A stretch of DNA of 64,000 nucleotides from Acidimicrobiales bacterium (GTDB lineage Bacteria > Actinomycetota > Acidimicrobiia > Acidimicrobiales > SHLQ01): assembly GCA_020629635.1 (NCBI GenBank), contig JAHDCX010000015.1, positions 18,899 to 82,898 of the forward strand. The letters run 5' to 3'. This document shows positions 36,142 to 44,962 of this stretch, one piece after another. Every line of letters begins with the position of its first letter. Within the stretch, counting starts at the first letter, position 1. Position numbers and translations under genes: made by a program. Under the pieces are notes generated by a model that saw only the letters and a program-made list of their open reading frames with translations, searched no databases and was not told where the DNA came from.

Positions 36142-37965
36142 ATGGCCGGGCCCCGCACCAGCGACACCTCCGGACCCACACTGGCTGGCCGCTACCACCT
36201 GCTCCGCCGAATCGGATCGGGCGGGATGGCCGACGTGTGGGAAGCCGATGACCTCAGCCTCGGCCGCCGCGTCGCCGTGAAAATGTTGCACCGCCATCTG
36301 GCTGCCGAGCCGTCCACACTGGCCCGGTTCCGTAGCGAAGCCCAATCCGCGGCGCGTTTGACCCACCCCGGGATCGTTGCGGTCTACGACACCATCAACA
36401 ACGACGAGATCGACGCGATGGTCATGGAGCTCGTCGACGGACGCGATCTCCGGACGATCCTCGACGAACGCCCGACGCTGGCAATCGATGACGCCACCGA
36501 AGTCGCCCATCAGCTCGCGCTTGCGCTCAGCCACGCCCACCAACAGGGCATCGTCCATCGCGACGTCAAGCCAGCGAACATTCTGATCCGACCCGATCGA
36601 CGCGTGAAGCTCTCCGACTTCGGCATTGCGAAAGCGCTCGACTCGAGCCAGCTGACCGACTCCGGAACCCTCATCGGTACCGTTCGCTATCTCGCTCCCG
36701 AACAGATCGATGGACACCCCGTCGATGGCCGCACCGACCTCTACGCCCTCACCACGGTGTTCTACGAGATGCTGTGCGGTCGAACACCGTTCTTGTCAGC
36801 CGATCTTGGCGGGGCGATGGAACGGGTGCGTGCTGATGCCCCGCGGGCCCGAAACTTCCGACCGGACATCCCTCGTGCGCTCGATGACTTCCTCGCCACC
36901 GGCCTGAACCGAAACCCCGATCATCGCATCGCGGACGCAACCACATGGGCGGCATCGCTCGACGCCCTGCGCCGCGGCGACACGACCACCTTGCTCGCTC
37001 CGCCACCAGCAGCGTCGGTACCCGGAGAACGCCCGGTTGCTCGACCACAACCGGCGCCGTCCTCGGGGTCCGAGGTCCAGCACCCTCCGGGCCCGGGTCC
37101 TCGCCGCGAGCCGCGGCCGAGCATTCCGATGCGTGCACCCGAGCCAGAGGGGCCTGCCGTCGTCGTCGACAATCGACGCGGCATCGGTTCGTGGCTCGGC
37201 CCACTCGTCGCAACGGTGCTCATGATCGCTGCGGTGTTCATGATCTGGCAGCTTCTCCAGCCGGCCACCAACGTCGTGACCGACCAGCTCTCCGAGAACA
37301 CGACCACCACCACGACGGTCGCCACCACCAGCTCCACCACGACGACCACGGCGGACACCACCACGACGACGAGCACCGACGAGACCGACAACACCGTCGT
37401 GTCCACGACGGCCGTCGACAACACCGGGGTCGACGACACGGACGGGTCAAGTGGCACCGATGATGCCGATGCAGAGACGACCACGACGACGATCGTCGAA
37501 GTACCCGACTTCACGTTCGGCCTCCGCCTCTATGCCTTCGATCCGGCCGGTGACGGCGACGAACATTCCGAGGCGGCATCCCGAGCCGTCGACGCCGACC
37601 TCGCTACGTTCTGGTACACCGAGAGCTACAACACCCGTCGCCTCGGGGGTATCAAGGCAGGAGTGGGTCTCATCATCGAGTTCGAATCCCCGACCGAGCT
37701 GAACGCACTGCGCACCCGGACCAACACCGCCGGGTGGGCGATGGACGTCTACGCCGCCCCCTCTCCCGGAGAAACCCTCGCCGACTGGGGAAATCCCATC
37801 GGGTCGGTCACCGACGGGGCCACCGACCAGACCGTGGATGTCGCCGACACGACGGCAACCGCCGTCTTGTTGTGGTTCACCGACCTGGGCGTGCTCGACG
37901 GGATCGAGGCGACCGATGAGAATCGGGTCCGGCTCGAGTTGTACGACGTCGACCTGACCGCCTGA
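36142..37965 (+). CDS. Transmembrane Ser/Thr protein kinase (Hanks type) with Thr-rich stalk and ~170-aa extracytoplasmic beta-rich domain
   Basis: GSGGMADVW, VAVKML, HRDVKPANIL, DFGIAKAL and YLAPEQ (all catalytic motifs present). Pro-rich linker. TM LGPLVATVLMIAAVFMIWQLL. T-rich stalk. C-terminal domain FWYTESYNTRRLGG...VLLWFTDLG. Start at ATG 36142 (tracked TTG 36094 less likely). Confidence 0.88.
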   Translation: MAGPRTSDTSGPTLAGRYHLLRRIGSGGMADVWEADDLSLGRRVAVKMLHRHLAAEPSTLARFRSEAQSAARLTHPGIVAVYDTINNDEIDAMVMELVDGRDLRTILDERPTLAIDDATEVAHQLALALSHAHQQGIVHRDVKPANILIRPDRRVKLSDFGIAKALDSSQLTDSGTLIGTVRYLAPEQIDGHPVDGRTDLYALTTVFYEMLCGRTPFLSADLGGAMERVRADAPRARNFRPDIPRALDDFLATGLNRNPDHRIADATTWAASLDALRRGDTTTLLAPPPAASVPGERPVARPQPAPSSGSEVQHPPGPGPRREPRPSIPMRAPEPEGPAVVVDNRRGIGSWLGPLVATVLMIAAVFMIWQLLQPATNVVTDQLSENTTTTTTVATTSSTTTTTADTTTTTSTDETDNTVVSTTAVDNTGVDDTDGSSGTDDADAETTTTTIVEVPDFTFGLRLYAFDPAGDGDEHSEAASRAVDADLATFWYTESYNTRRLGGIKAGVGLIIEFESPTELNALRTRTNTAGWAMDVYAAPSPGETLADWGNPIGSVTDGATDQTVDVADTTATAVLLWFTDLGVLDGIEATDENRVRLELYDVDLTA

Positions 37966-37978
37966 GGCGAGACGAGCC

Positions 37979-38578
37979 GTGCAGACGCTCGACGACGACG
38001 AAACCCTGATTCGGGCGGCCCAACGCGGCGACATGGCGGCCCTCGAGATTCTGCTCGACCGTCACCACGATCGACTTCGGGCCGTGTGTGCCAAAGTCGT
38101 CGGACGAGGCGCCGACGCGGACGACGCAACACAGATGGCGTTGATCTCGATGGTCAAGAACCTCGACAAGTTCGACGGTCGGGCCAGGTTCACGACATGG
38201 AGCTATCGGATCGCGACCAACGCAGCCATCGACGAACTCCGAAAACGAAACCGGCGCAGCGCAGACTCCCTCGACGACGAAGACGCGCCGCTGCATCTCG
38301 CCGCCGGCGGGTCGGTCGAGAACGCAACTGCTGCACGCATCGACATCCAGGAAGGACTCGACGCCCTCGCCGAGGAGTTTCGCCTTCCGGTGATTCTTCG
38401 CGATCTCTGCGGGTTGGATTACGAGGAGATCGGTGAGGTGTTGGAACTTCCACCCGGCACCGTACGGTCGAGGATCGCTCGAGGCCGGGGCAAGCTCGCT
38501 GATCTGATCGGCCCAATCTCCGATTCGGGGAACCAAACCGACTCCACGGGCGTACAAGGACGCGACGATGGGACCTGA
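37979..38578 (+). CDS. ECF (group 4) sigma factor, SigM-like by position
   Basis: Region 2 DDATQMALISMVKNLDKFDGRARFTTWSYRIATNAAIDELR. Region 4 LPVILRDLCGLDYEEIGEVLELPPGTVRSRIARGR. Confidence 0.85.
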   Translation: MQTLDDDETLIRAAQRGDMAALEILLDRHHDRLRAVCAKVVGRGADADDATQMALISMVKNLDKFDGRARFTTWSYRIATNAAIDELRKRNRRSADSLDDEDAPLHLAAGGSVENATAARIDIQEGLDALAEEFRLPVILRDLCGLDYEEIGEVLELPPGTVRSRIARGRGKLADLIGPISDSGNQTDSTGVQGRDDGT

Positions 38579-39512
38579 ACGCTTCGACGACGAACTCCTC
38601 TCGGCCGTTCTGGATGGTCTGGCCGACCCGGAAACCGTCGCGTCCGTGGAGCAGGATCCCGACGCAGCCGCTCGGCTCGAGCGCATGCGGATGGTCCAGC
38701 AACTGGTTGCCACGCCCGTCGCTGACGCCACCCCCGAGCGCCGCCATTCCTCGATTGCGGCCGCCCTCGCCGCTGCCAACTCCGCGCCCGAGGTGACCTC
38801 ACTCACGGCCGCACGAGAGACCAAGGCAGCGACTCGACGCCGCTGGTCGGCGTCGCCCGCCATGCTCGCCGCCGCCGCGGCGTTCGTGATCGGCGTGCTC
38901 GCGATTCCCTTCATCGTCGGATCTGATGCCGACACCGCCGAGACGGCCACAGACTCGGCCAGCTTCGAAGACGCCGTTGCTGATGCGTCCGATGACGCCG
39001 AAGCCTCAGGAGCATTCGACGCCGCCGAAGCCGAATCCTTCACCGACGATGACGCCATGGAAGACGACGCCATGGAAGAGGACGCGATGGAAGAAGAGGC
39101 CATGGACGAGATGGCGGAGTCTGCTGCGGTCGAAGAAACCGCATCCGACGACTCTGGCGACGCCATGGAGGACGCCGACGCGGCGATTGACGAGATGTCC
39201 GCCCGTAACGCCGACGGGTTGCGCTTCTATGGCGGATTCGAGATACGGCGAATCGATCCTGCCGAACTGAGCGCGCCCGCCGAGTCAGGCGAGGTGGTTC
39301 CCGTGTTCTTCGCCGAAGATCTCGTCGGAGCGCAAGACGTCAACCTCGAGTGCCTCAACGGATTTCCGGAGAGCGAGGTGCCGTCGTTCGCCCTGGTCGA
39401 AGACGCGACCGTGCCCCTCGACGTGTTTCCGCAACGACTGCTGATCGTGCATTGGGCGATCGATGGCACGTTGACCGCTCTCGACGCTGGTGACTGCACG
39501 CCGGTTGGGTAG
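38568..39512 (+). CDS. Putative single-pass anti-sigma factor
   Basis: Overlaps the sigma gene by 11 nt. The N-terminal ~60-aa cytoplasmic helix region (LLSAVLDGLADPE) has no HxxxCxxC. TM MLAAAAAFVIGVLAIPFIV. Acidic repeat DDAMEDDAMEEDAMEEEAMDEMAE. C-terminal globular part. Confidence 0.55.
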   Translation: MGPERFDDELLSAVLDGLADPETVASVEQDPDAAARLERMRMVQQLVATPVADATPERRHSSIAAALAAANSAPEVTSLTAARETKAATRRRWSASPAMLAAAAAFVIGVLAIPFIVGSDADTAETATDSASFEDAVADASDDAEASGAFDAAEAESFTDDDAMEDDAMEEDAMEEEAMDEMAESAAVEETASDDSGDAMEDADAAIDEMSARNADGLRFYGGFEIRRIDPAELSAPAESGEVVPVFFAEDLVGAQDVNLECLNGFPESEVPSFALVEDATVPLDVFPQRLLIVHWAIDGTLTALDAGDCTPVG

Positions 39513-39522
39513 GCTCGCCGCC

Positions 39523-39819
39523 ATGTCCACACCCGCGGATTCGGGTCCCGACTGGCCCCAACAAGCGACCGAGACGATCGTCGGCTTCGTCGACAACGTC
39601 AAGTACAAGACGACCCGTCCCGCCACGATGGCTGCGCGCGGCGTCGTGTACGGCCTCGTGATCTTGGCGATCGCCATTCCGGCGCTCATCATGTTGCTCG
39701 TCGGTCTCGTGAAGTTCCTCAACTGGGCCATCCCGAACGACGTGTGGATCGTGTACGCCGTCCTGGGAGCCGTCTTCAGCCTCGCTGGTGCCTTCTTCTG
39801 GCGGAAGCGCACGCCCTGA
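39523..39819 (+). CDS. Small two-TM membrane protein (hypothetical)
   Basis: ATG 39523 lies just after the anti-sigma stop. Two hydrophobic spans: VVYGLVILAIAIPALIMLLVGLV and VWIVYAVLGAVFSLAGAFFW. Confidence 0.5.
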   Translation: MSTPADSGPDWPQQATETIVGFVDNVKYKTTRPATMAARGVVYGLVILAIAIPALIMLLVGLVKFLNWAIPNDVWIVYAVLGAVFSLAGAFFWRKRTP

Positions 39820-39905
39820 TACCGGGTTCACCCCACTACAGGACATCACTCCCCCTCTCGACTCGATCCTGACGCGGGGACCAGAACACCCACAAGGAAT
39901 GCAAC

Positions 39906-40874
39906 ATGGCTGACGTTCGTGACGTCGTGATCATCGGATCTGGACCCGCGGGACTCACCGCGGCGATCTACACCTCCCGAGCGACGCTCAACCCGCTCGT
40001 GCTCGAAGGCGAACCCTCCTCCACCAGTGACCAGCCGGGCGGTCAGCTCATGTTGACCACCGACGTCGAGAACTTCCCCGGATTTCCCGAAGGCGTCATG
40101 GGGCCCGAGCTCATGATGAACTTCCGCCAGCAGGCCGTCCGCTTCGGTGCCGAAGTCCAGACCGTCAAAGCCTCCAAGGTCGATCTGTCCGAACGGCCCT
40201 TCAAGGTGTGGGTGGGCGACCCTGACGCGACCGAGCCCACCGTGCTCGCCAAGTCGCTGATCATCTCCACCGGCGCCAAGTCACTGATGCTCGGCCTCGA
40301 CCGCGAGACCGAATTGATTGGGCACGGCCTCTCGACGTGCGCCACCTGTGATGGATTCTTCTTTCGCGATCAGGAGATTGTCGTCGTTGGTGGTGGCGAC
40401 TCCGCGCTCGAGGAGGCGAGCTTCCTCACCCGCTTCGCGAGCAAGGTCACGATCATCCATCGCCGCGACGAACTCCGTGCCTCGAAGATCATGCAAGAGC
40501 GGGCCTTCGCGAATCCGAAGATCGAGTTCTTGTGGAATCACACCGTCATCGAATATCTGGGTGACGACAAGATCAGCGGCGTGCGGGTCAAGAGCACGGT
40601 CGACGACAGTGTCTCGGACCTGTCTGTCAGCGGTGTCTTCATCGCCATCGGACACAAGCCGGCAACCGAACTCTTCGCCGGCCAGCTCGACATGAAAGAC
40701 AACGGCTATCTGCTCACCCAGCCCGGCCGAACCGCCACCAACATCGACGGCGTGTTTGCGTCCGGCGATGTGCAAGACGACTACTACCGGCAGGCCATCA
40801 CGGCGGCCGGTTCGGGGTGTCAGGCGGCGATCGAGGCCGAACGGTGGCTCGAGGAGCAAGAAGACGCCCACTGA
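39906..40874 (+). CDS. trxB: Thioredoxin-disulfide reductase
   Basis: VIIGSGPAGLTAAIY, redox CATCDG, VVVGGGDSALEEA, FASGDV. Confidence 0.93.
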   Translation: MADVRDVVIIGSGPAGLTAAIYTSRATLNPLVLEGEPSSTSDQPGGQLMLTTDVENFPGFPEGVMGPELMMNFRQQAVRFGAEVQTVKASKVDLSERPFKVWVGDPDATEPTVLAKSLIISTGAKSLMLGLDRETELIGHGLSTCATCDGFFFRDQEIVVVGGGDSALEEASFLTRFASKVTIIHRRDELRASKIMQERAFANPKIEFLWNHTVIEYLGDDKISGVRVKSTVDDSVSDLSVSGVFIAIGHKPATELFAGQLDMKDNGYLLTQPGRTATNIDGVFASGDVQDDYYRQAITAAGSGCQAAIEAERWLEEQEDAH

Positions 40875-40999
40875 GGATCTCGCTCAGGACGCGACTTCGG
40901 CGATAGAACGGAACCACCGACTGCACCGCGCGGGAATCCACGGGACGTGTCCGTGGTTCCCTCACCAGAATCGATCTTGATCGAAAGGATCACGCCACC

Positions 41000-41329
41000 A
41001 TGGCTTCTGAGAACGTCACCATTCTCTCCGACGACACCTTCACCGAGACCATCAGCGCGGAAGGCGAGCCCGTTCTCGTCGACTTCTGGGCCGAATGGTG
41101 CGGTCCCTGCAAGATGATCGCGCCAATCCTCGACGAGATCGCCGACGAGCAGGTCGGCGCCGTGAAGATCGCCAAGCTCAACGTCGACGAGGCGCCCAAC
41201 ACCGCCCGTGAATACCAGGTGATGAGCATCCCAACGATGATCCTGTTCAAAGACGGTGAGCCGGTGAAGAAGATCGTCGGCGCCAAGCCCAAAGAGGCGC
41301 TCATGGGAGAACTCGCCGAGTTCATCTAG
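41000..41329 (+). CDS. trxA: Thioredoxin
   Basis: 109 aa. [28 protein letters not shown]. Confidence 0.93.
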   Translation: MASENVTILSDDTFTETISAEGEPVLVDFWAEWCGPCKMIAPILDEIADEQVGAVKIAKLNVDEAPNTAREYQVMSIPTMILFKDGEPVKKIVGAKPKEALMGELAEFI

Positions 41330-41341
41330 CCTCAGCGGGGC

Positions 41342-42328
41342 ATGACCGACGCCCCGACCCTGCGGCGTGGAGACACCGGCGACCATGTCGTCGATCTCCA
41401 CACGCAACTCACCATCGCCGGCTACCTCGTCGAGTCGATTCACCTCGACCGTTTCGGCGACGACACACAGAAGGCAGTCGTCGCATTTCAACGCCGACGC
41501 GGCCTCGATGCCACTGGCGAGGTCGACCAGGACACGTGGGCGTCGCTCGCGGACGCCGCACACGACTTTGGTGAGCGACTCTTGTGCCGCAAGACCCCGA
41601 TGATGCGGGGCGATGACGTGGCAGAGCTCCAACTGCTGCTCGGCAGTCTGGGATTCGATGCGGGGTGGATCGACGGGATCTTCGGCGCCGATACCGAACG
41701 AGCGGTTGCGGATTTCCAGAGAAACGCTGGCCTCCCGGTGGACGGTGTGGCCGGTCCGACGACGATCTCCACGCTCACTCGACTCCGACTGTCGGCGAAT
41801 GCAGCGCGACCCGTGGCGGCGGTTCGAGAGCGACTGCACCTCGAGAACGACCACCGTGGTCTCGTCGGTCGTCGTGTCGTCGTGGGCGATCTCGGTCTCT
41901 CCCCCACCGTCGCCGGCGACGTTGGACGCGCGCTGCGACGCGAAGGAGCCCGCGTGCTCTTGATGCACCATCGAGACGGGTCGACCCATGCGCGCTCGGC
42001 CAACCAGTTCGATGCCGAGGTCTACGTCGGCGTGTCTGTGGTTGCCGAAAAGGTCGCATCGGTGAGCTACTACGAGACCGACGGCTTCTCTTCGTATGGT
42101 GGCCGCCATCTGGCCACGCTCGCCACGGAGCGAATCGCACCGCTTCTCGGAACGACCGCCTACGTCGAAGGTCGAGCGACGCCGCTTCTCCGAGAAACAC
42201 GGATGCCGGCGGTCCATCTCCGGTTGGGCCCGCCCGACGTCGTCACTCCGCTCGGATCAGGTATCGCCGACGCCCTCGTCGACACGATGCGCACCTGGGT
42301 CGATGATCCGGTCGGAGAAGACAGCTGA
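41342..42328 (+). CDS. cwlM: CwlM-like protein: two PG_binding_1 repeats + degenerate Amidase_3 domain
   Basis: Two peptidoglycan-binding repeats (GDTGDHVVDLHTQL...FGDDTQKAVVAFQRRRGLDATGEVD; GDDVAELQLLLGSLG...FGADTERAVADFQRNAGLPVDGVAG). Amidase_3-like C-terminus (RETRMPAVHLRLG), but GDLGLS replaces DPGHGG and VSVVA replaces SIHAN. Lies between trxA and parB, as cwlM does in mycobacteria. Confidence 0.72.
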   Translation: MTDAPTLRRGDTGDHVVDLHTQLTIAGYLVESIHLDRFGDDTQKAVVAFQRRRGLDATGEVDQDTWASLADAAHDFGERLLCRKTPMMRGDDVAELQLLLGSLGFDAGWIDGIFGADTERAVADFQRNAGLPVDGVAGPTTISTLTRLRLSANAARPVAAVRERLHLENDHRGLVGRRVVVGDLGLSPTVAGDVGRALRREGARVLLMHHRDGSTHARSANQFDAEVYVGVSVVAEKVASVSYYETDGFSSYGGRHLATLATERIAPLLGTTAYVEGRATPLLRETRMPAVHLRLGPPDVVTPLGSGIADALVDTMRTWVDDPVGEDS

Positions 42329-42341
42329 GCACTCACCAAAA

Positions 42342-42361
42342 TATCGAACAAACGTTCGATA
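42342..42361. terminator. Hairpin between convergent cwlM-like and parB genes (possible bidirectional terminator or operator)
   Basis: TATCGAAC-aaac-GTTCGATA, an 8-bp perfect stem with a 4-nt loop, in an AT-rich 54-bp spacer. No U-tract, so terminator function is uncertain. Confidence 0.25.
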
Positions 42362-42382
42362 CAGCACCAAGCTGCGTGTCTG

Positions 42383-43282
42383 CTACTGATTCCGCCCGGT
42401 CAGAATGATCCGTGAGAGTCGCTCGAGATCGTCCAGATCGGCGAAATCAATGGTGATCTTGCCCTTTGCCGTCGTCATTGCCACCGCAACGGAGGTGGAC
42501 AGGTGGTCGGACAGACGATCCTCGAGTTCGAGTTCTGCCGCAGAACGCACGCGAGGTGCCCGAGGGACTCGATCGGCGTCCTCGGTCGACGCTGTCTCGT
42601 CATCGCCCTCGTCCGTTGACGGCTCGGACTTCAGCAGCGCCTCGGTCGCCCGAACGGTGAGTTCGTCCGCAACGATCTGGTCAGCCAACGCCACCTGCTC
42701 GTCGGCGTCCTCGACGACGAGCAGTGCTCGACAGTGGCCAGCCGAGAGCCGACCATCCGTCAGGTAGCGCTGGATTGCCGTGGGCAGGGCGAGCAGACGC
42801 AGCGTGTTGGCGACCGCAGAACGCGACTTGCCCACCCGGGTGGCGACCTGCTCCTGTGTCATCGAGAACTCGTCCACGAGCTGCTGGTAGGCCGCAGCTT
42901 CTTCGAGTGCATTGAGGTCCTGGCGATGGAGGTTCTCCACCAACGCCTGCTCGAGTGACCCCATGTCATCGGCCTCACGGACAATCACGGGAACATCAGT
43001 GAGTCCAGCCCGCTTGGCGGCACGCCACCGCCGCTCCCCCGCAATCAGTTCGAAACCTTCATCGGTACGCCGAACCAGAAGCGGCTGCAGGACACCGAGT
43101 TCTCGGACCGACGCTGTCAGCGAGTCCAGCGTGGCTTCGTCGAAGTGTTCTCGCGGCTGGTATGCATTCGGTTGAATGGCACTGACCGCGACGGTCTGGA
43201 AGGCCGACGAGGCATCATCGGTCACGTCGGACGGGATCAACGCACCCAGTCCCCGGCCCAGACCTCCCTGTCGATTGCTCAT
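42383..43282 (-). CDS. parB: Chromosome partitioning protein ParB
   Basis: GLGRGLGALIP, ParB box LVRR...ELIAGERRWRAAKRAG, HTH MTQEQVATRVGKSRSAVANTLRLL. Confidence 0.92.
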   Translation of the reverse strand: MSNRQGGLGRGLGALIPSDVTDDASSAFQTVAVSAIQPNAYQPREHFDEATLDSLTASVRELGVLQPLLVRRTDEGFELIAGERRWRAAKRAGLTDVPVIVREADDMGSLEQALVENLHRQDLNALEEAAAYQQLVDEFSMTQEQVATRVGKSRSAVANTLRLLALPTAIQRYLTDGRLSAGHCRALLVVEDADEQVALADQIVADELTVRATEALLKSEPSTDEGDDETASTEDADRVPRAPRVRSAAELELEDRLSDHLSTSVAVAMTTAKGKITIDFADLDDLERLSRIILTGRNQ

Positions 43283-44151
43283 GACGTCACCTCCGAGGTG
43301 GTGTGCTCGGGATCCCCAGGCGACGGTTCCTCCGTTGCGGAATCTACCGAAGTCGGAGCTGGCAGCTCTTCCCCGAGGTCGAGCTCGTTCCCCAACACTT
43401 CGTTCGCCAAGTCCCGGTACGCCTGCGCTCCCCGATTGTCGGGATCAAACGTGGTGATTGGCTGGCCGAATGAGGGAGCTTCCGACAGGCGCACCACTCT
43501 CGGGATCACGATCTTGCAGACGATCTCGCCGAAGTGCGCCCGAACCTCGTCCACCACTTGGCCGGCAAGTTTGGTCCGAGCGTCGTACATCACCAGCACG
43601 ATCGTGGAGATCTCGAGTTCGGGGTTGAGCGACTTCTTGACCAGATCGACATTGCGGACGAGTTGACCGACACCTTCCAAGGCGTAGTACTCACACTGAA
43701 TCGGCACCAACACCTCGCTGGCCGCCACGAGTGCGTTGATCGTCAACAGACCAAGCGAAGGCGGACAGTCGATGAAGACGAAATCGTAGTCGTCGCGGAT
43801 CGGCGCTAGAGCGTCAACCAGTCGCCGCTCCCGGTTGAAGCCGGGTACAAGCTCGATCTCCGCACCAGCGAGATCCAGGCTGGACGGGGCGACGAACAAA
43901 CCCTTGACGTCGGCTGCTGGTTCGATCGTGTCTTCGAGCGGCGTATCACCGAGCAACACGTCGTACATGTTGGACTCGATGGCTCGAGGGTTGATTCCCA
44001 GTCCTGTGCTGGCGTTCGCCTGCGGGTCCAGATCCACGAGCAACACTCGCTGACCGAGTTCAGCGAGCGCCGCCCCGAGGTTCACGGTGGTGGTGGTTTT
44101 CCCCACACCGCCTTTCTGATTGGCGATGGCGATCACCCGAGTTTCCGTCAT
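43279..44151 (-). CDS. parA: Chromosome partitioning ATPase ParA (Soj)
   Basis: Start at ATG 44151 (MTETRVIAIANQKGGVGKTTT, deviant Walker A). The stop overlaps the parB start (ATGA). The upstream part of the tracked ORF covers the parS sites and is not coding. Confidence 0.92.
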   Translation of the reverse strand: MTETRVIAIANQKGGVGKTTTTVNLGAALAELGQRVLLVDLDPQANASTGLGINPRAIESNMYDVLLGDTPLEDTIEPAADVKGLFVAPSSLDLAGAEIELVPGFNRERRLVDALAPIRDDYDFVFIDCPPSLGLLTINALVAASEVLVPIQCEYYALEGVGQLVRNVDLVKKSLNPELEISTIVLVMYDARTKLAGQVVDEVRAHFGEIVCKIVIPRVVRLSEAPSFGQPITTFDPDNRGAQAYRDLANEVLGNELDLGEELPAPTSVDSATEEPSPGDPEHTTSEVTS

Positions 44152-44224
44152 GACCCACACCGTACTCGCCGTTTCCCCGACGGTGGCGGAGCCCCGGCCA
44201 TCGCCAAGTGGGCGCAACACACGG

Positions 44225-44240
44225 TGTTTCACGTGAAACA
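44225..44240. promoter_or_regulatory. parS site (perfect consensus)
   Basis: TGTTTCACGTGAAACA read directly, 74 nt upstream of the parA start. Confidence 0.88.
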
Positions 44241-44272
44241 TCAGGAGATCTCTTCCCCCGTACCGACGAGGG

Positions 44273-44288
44273 TGTTTCACGTGAAACA
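44273..44288. promoter_or_regulatory. parS site (perfect consensus), second copy
   Basis: TGTTTCACGTGAAACA read directly, 48 bp centre-to-centre from the first copy, in the rsmG-parA spacer. Confidence 0.88.
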
Positions 44289-44309
44289 ACCCGTGGCGGC
44301 CCATTGATC

Positions 44310-44921
44310 TCAGAAGAGCAGGCGTTTCCGAGCTCCCGGACGGGGGAGTGAGGCGAGATCCACCTCACTGCGTCGAAAGGCTCGATAGAACCCATGCGCT
44401 GTTGACCACTCTGTCTCGAACGTCAATCCGCATTGTTCCAGACCGGTGTCCGGCCAACGAACGTGTCGATCCCCATCCTCTGGTTCGCTGGTGACGAGCA
44501 GGCCACCGCGACGAAGAAGTGGCGCCGCACACTCGGCGGTATCGGCGGGGGAGCCAAAGGATCGGGCCGTCACGACACCTGCACGGTCACGTAGATGGGG
44601 ATCCCGCGCCGCGACCGCCACATCGGTACTGCGCACCTCCACCCGATCGGAGTAGCCGAGGCGCCGAATCGCCCTCTTCAACAACGCGCAGCGTCCGTCC
44701 CGCCGTTCGATCAGTGTCCAGGAAGTGCGTGGATATGCCTCAATGAGCGGAAGTGCAGGGAGGCCAGCACCGCTACCGATGTCCATGATGGGATACTCCA
44801 AGAGCGGAGTGATGCCCGAAAACGCAAAGAACCCCATGGCATGGTGGCCATGGGGTTCGATCGGACCGCCGAACTGCTCCGCCTGGATCCCCTCCTGAAG
44901 CAGTTCGGTGATCTCCCGCAT
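44310..44921 (-). CDS. rsmG: 16S rRNA (guanine527-N7)-methyltransferase RsmG (GidB)
   Basis: SAM motif IMDIGSGAGLPALPL, VTARSF, plus its position between jag and parA. Confidence 0.88.
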   Translation of the reverse strand: MREITELLQEGIQAEQFGGPIEPHGHHAMGFFAFSGITPLLEYPIMDIGSGAGLPALPLIEAYPRTSWTLIERRDGRCALLKRAIRRLGYSDRVEVRSTDVAVAARDPHLRDRAGVVTARSFGSPADTAECAAPLLRRGGLLVTSEPEDGDRHVRWPDTGLEQCGLTFETEWSTAHGFYRAFRRSEVDLASLPRPGARKRLLF

Positions 44922-44962
44922 GACGCCCAGTGTAGGACGTCGACGACGGGTGGTTGGTTGGC

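Noticed and set aside
39896-39925. GGAAT upstream of trxB as a SigR/SigH-type promoter (GGAAT-N18-GTT)
   Set aside because: The nearest GTT is only 14 nt away and lies inside the trxB coding sequence, so the spacing does not fit.
42383-44151. parAB as a sign of a plasmid or prophage
   Set aside because: The genes sit in the canonical chromosomal block rsmG-parA-parB next to dnaA and oriC, with consensus chromosomal parS. No replication, conjugation or phage genes are present.
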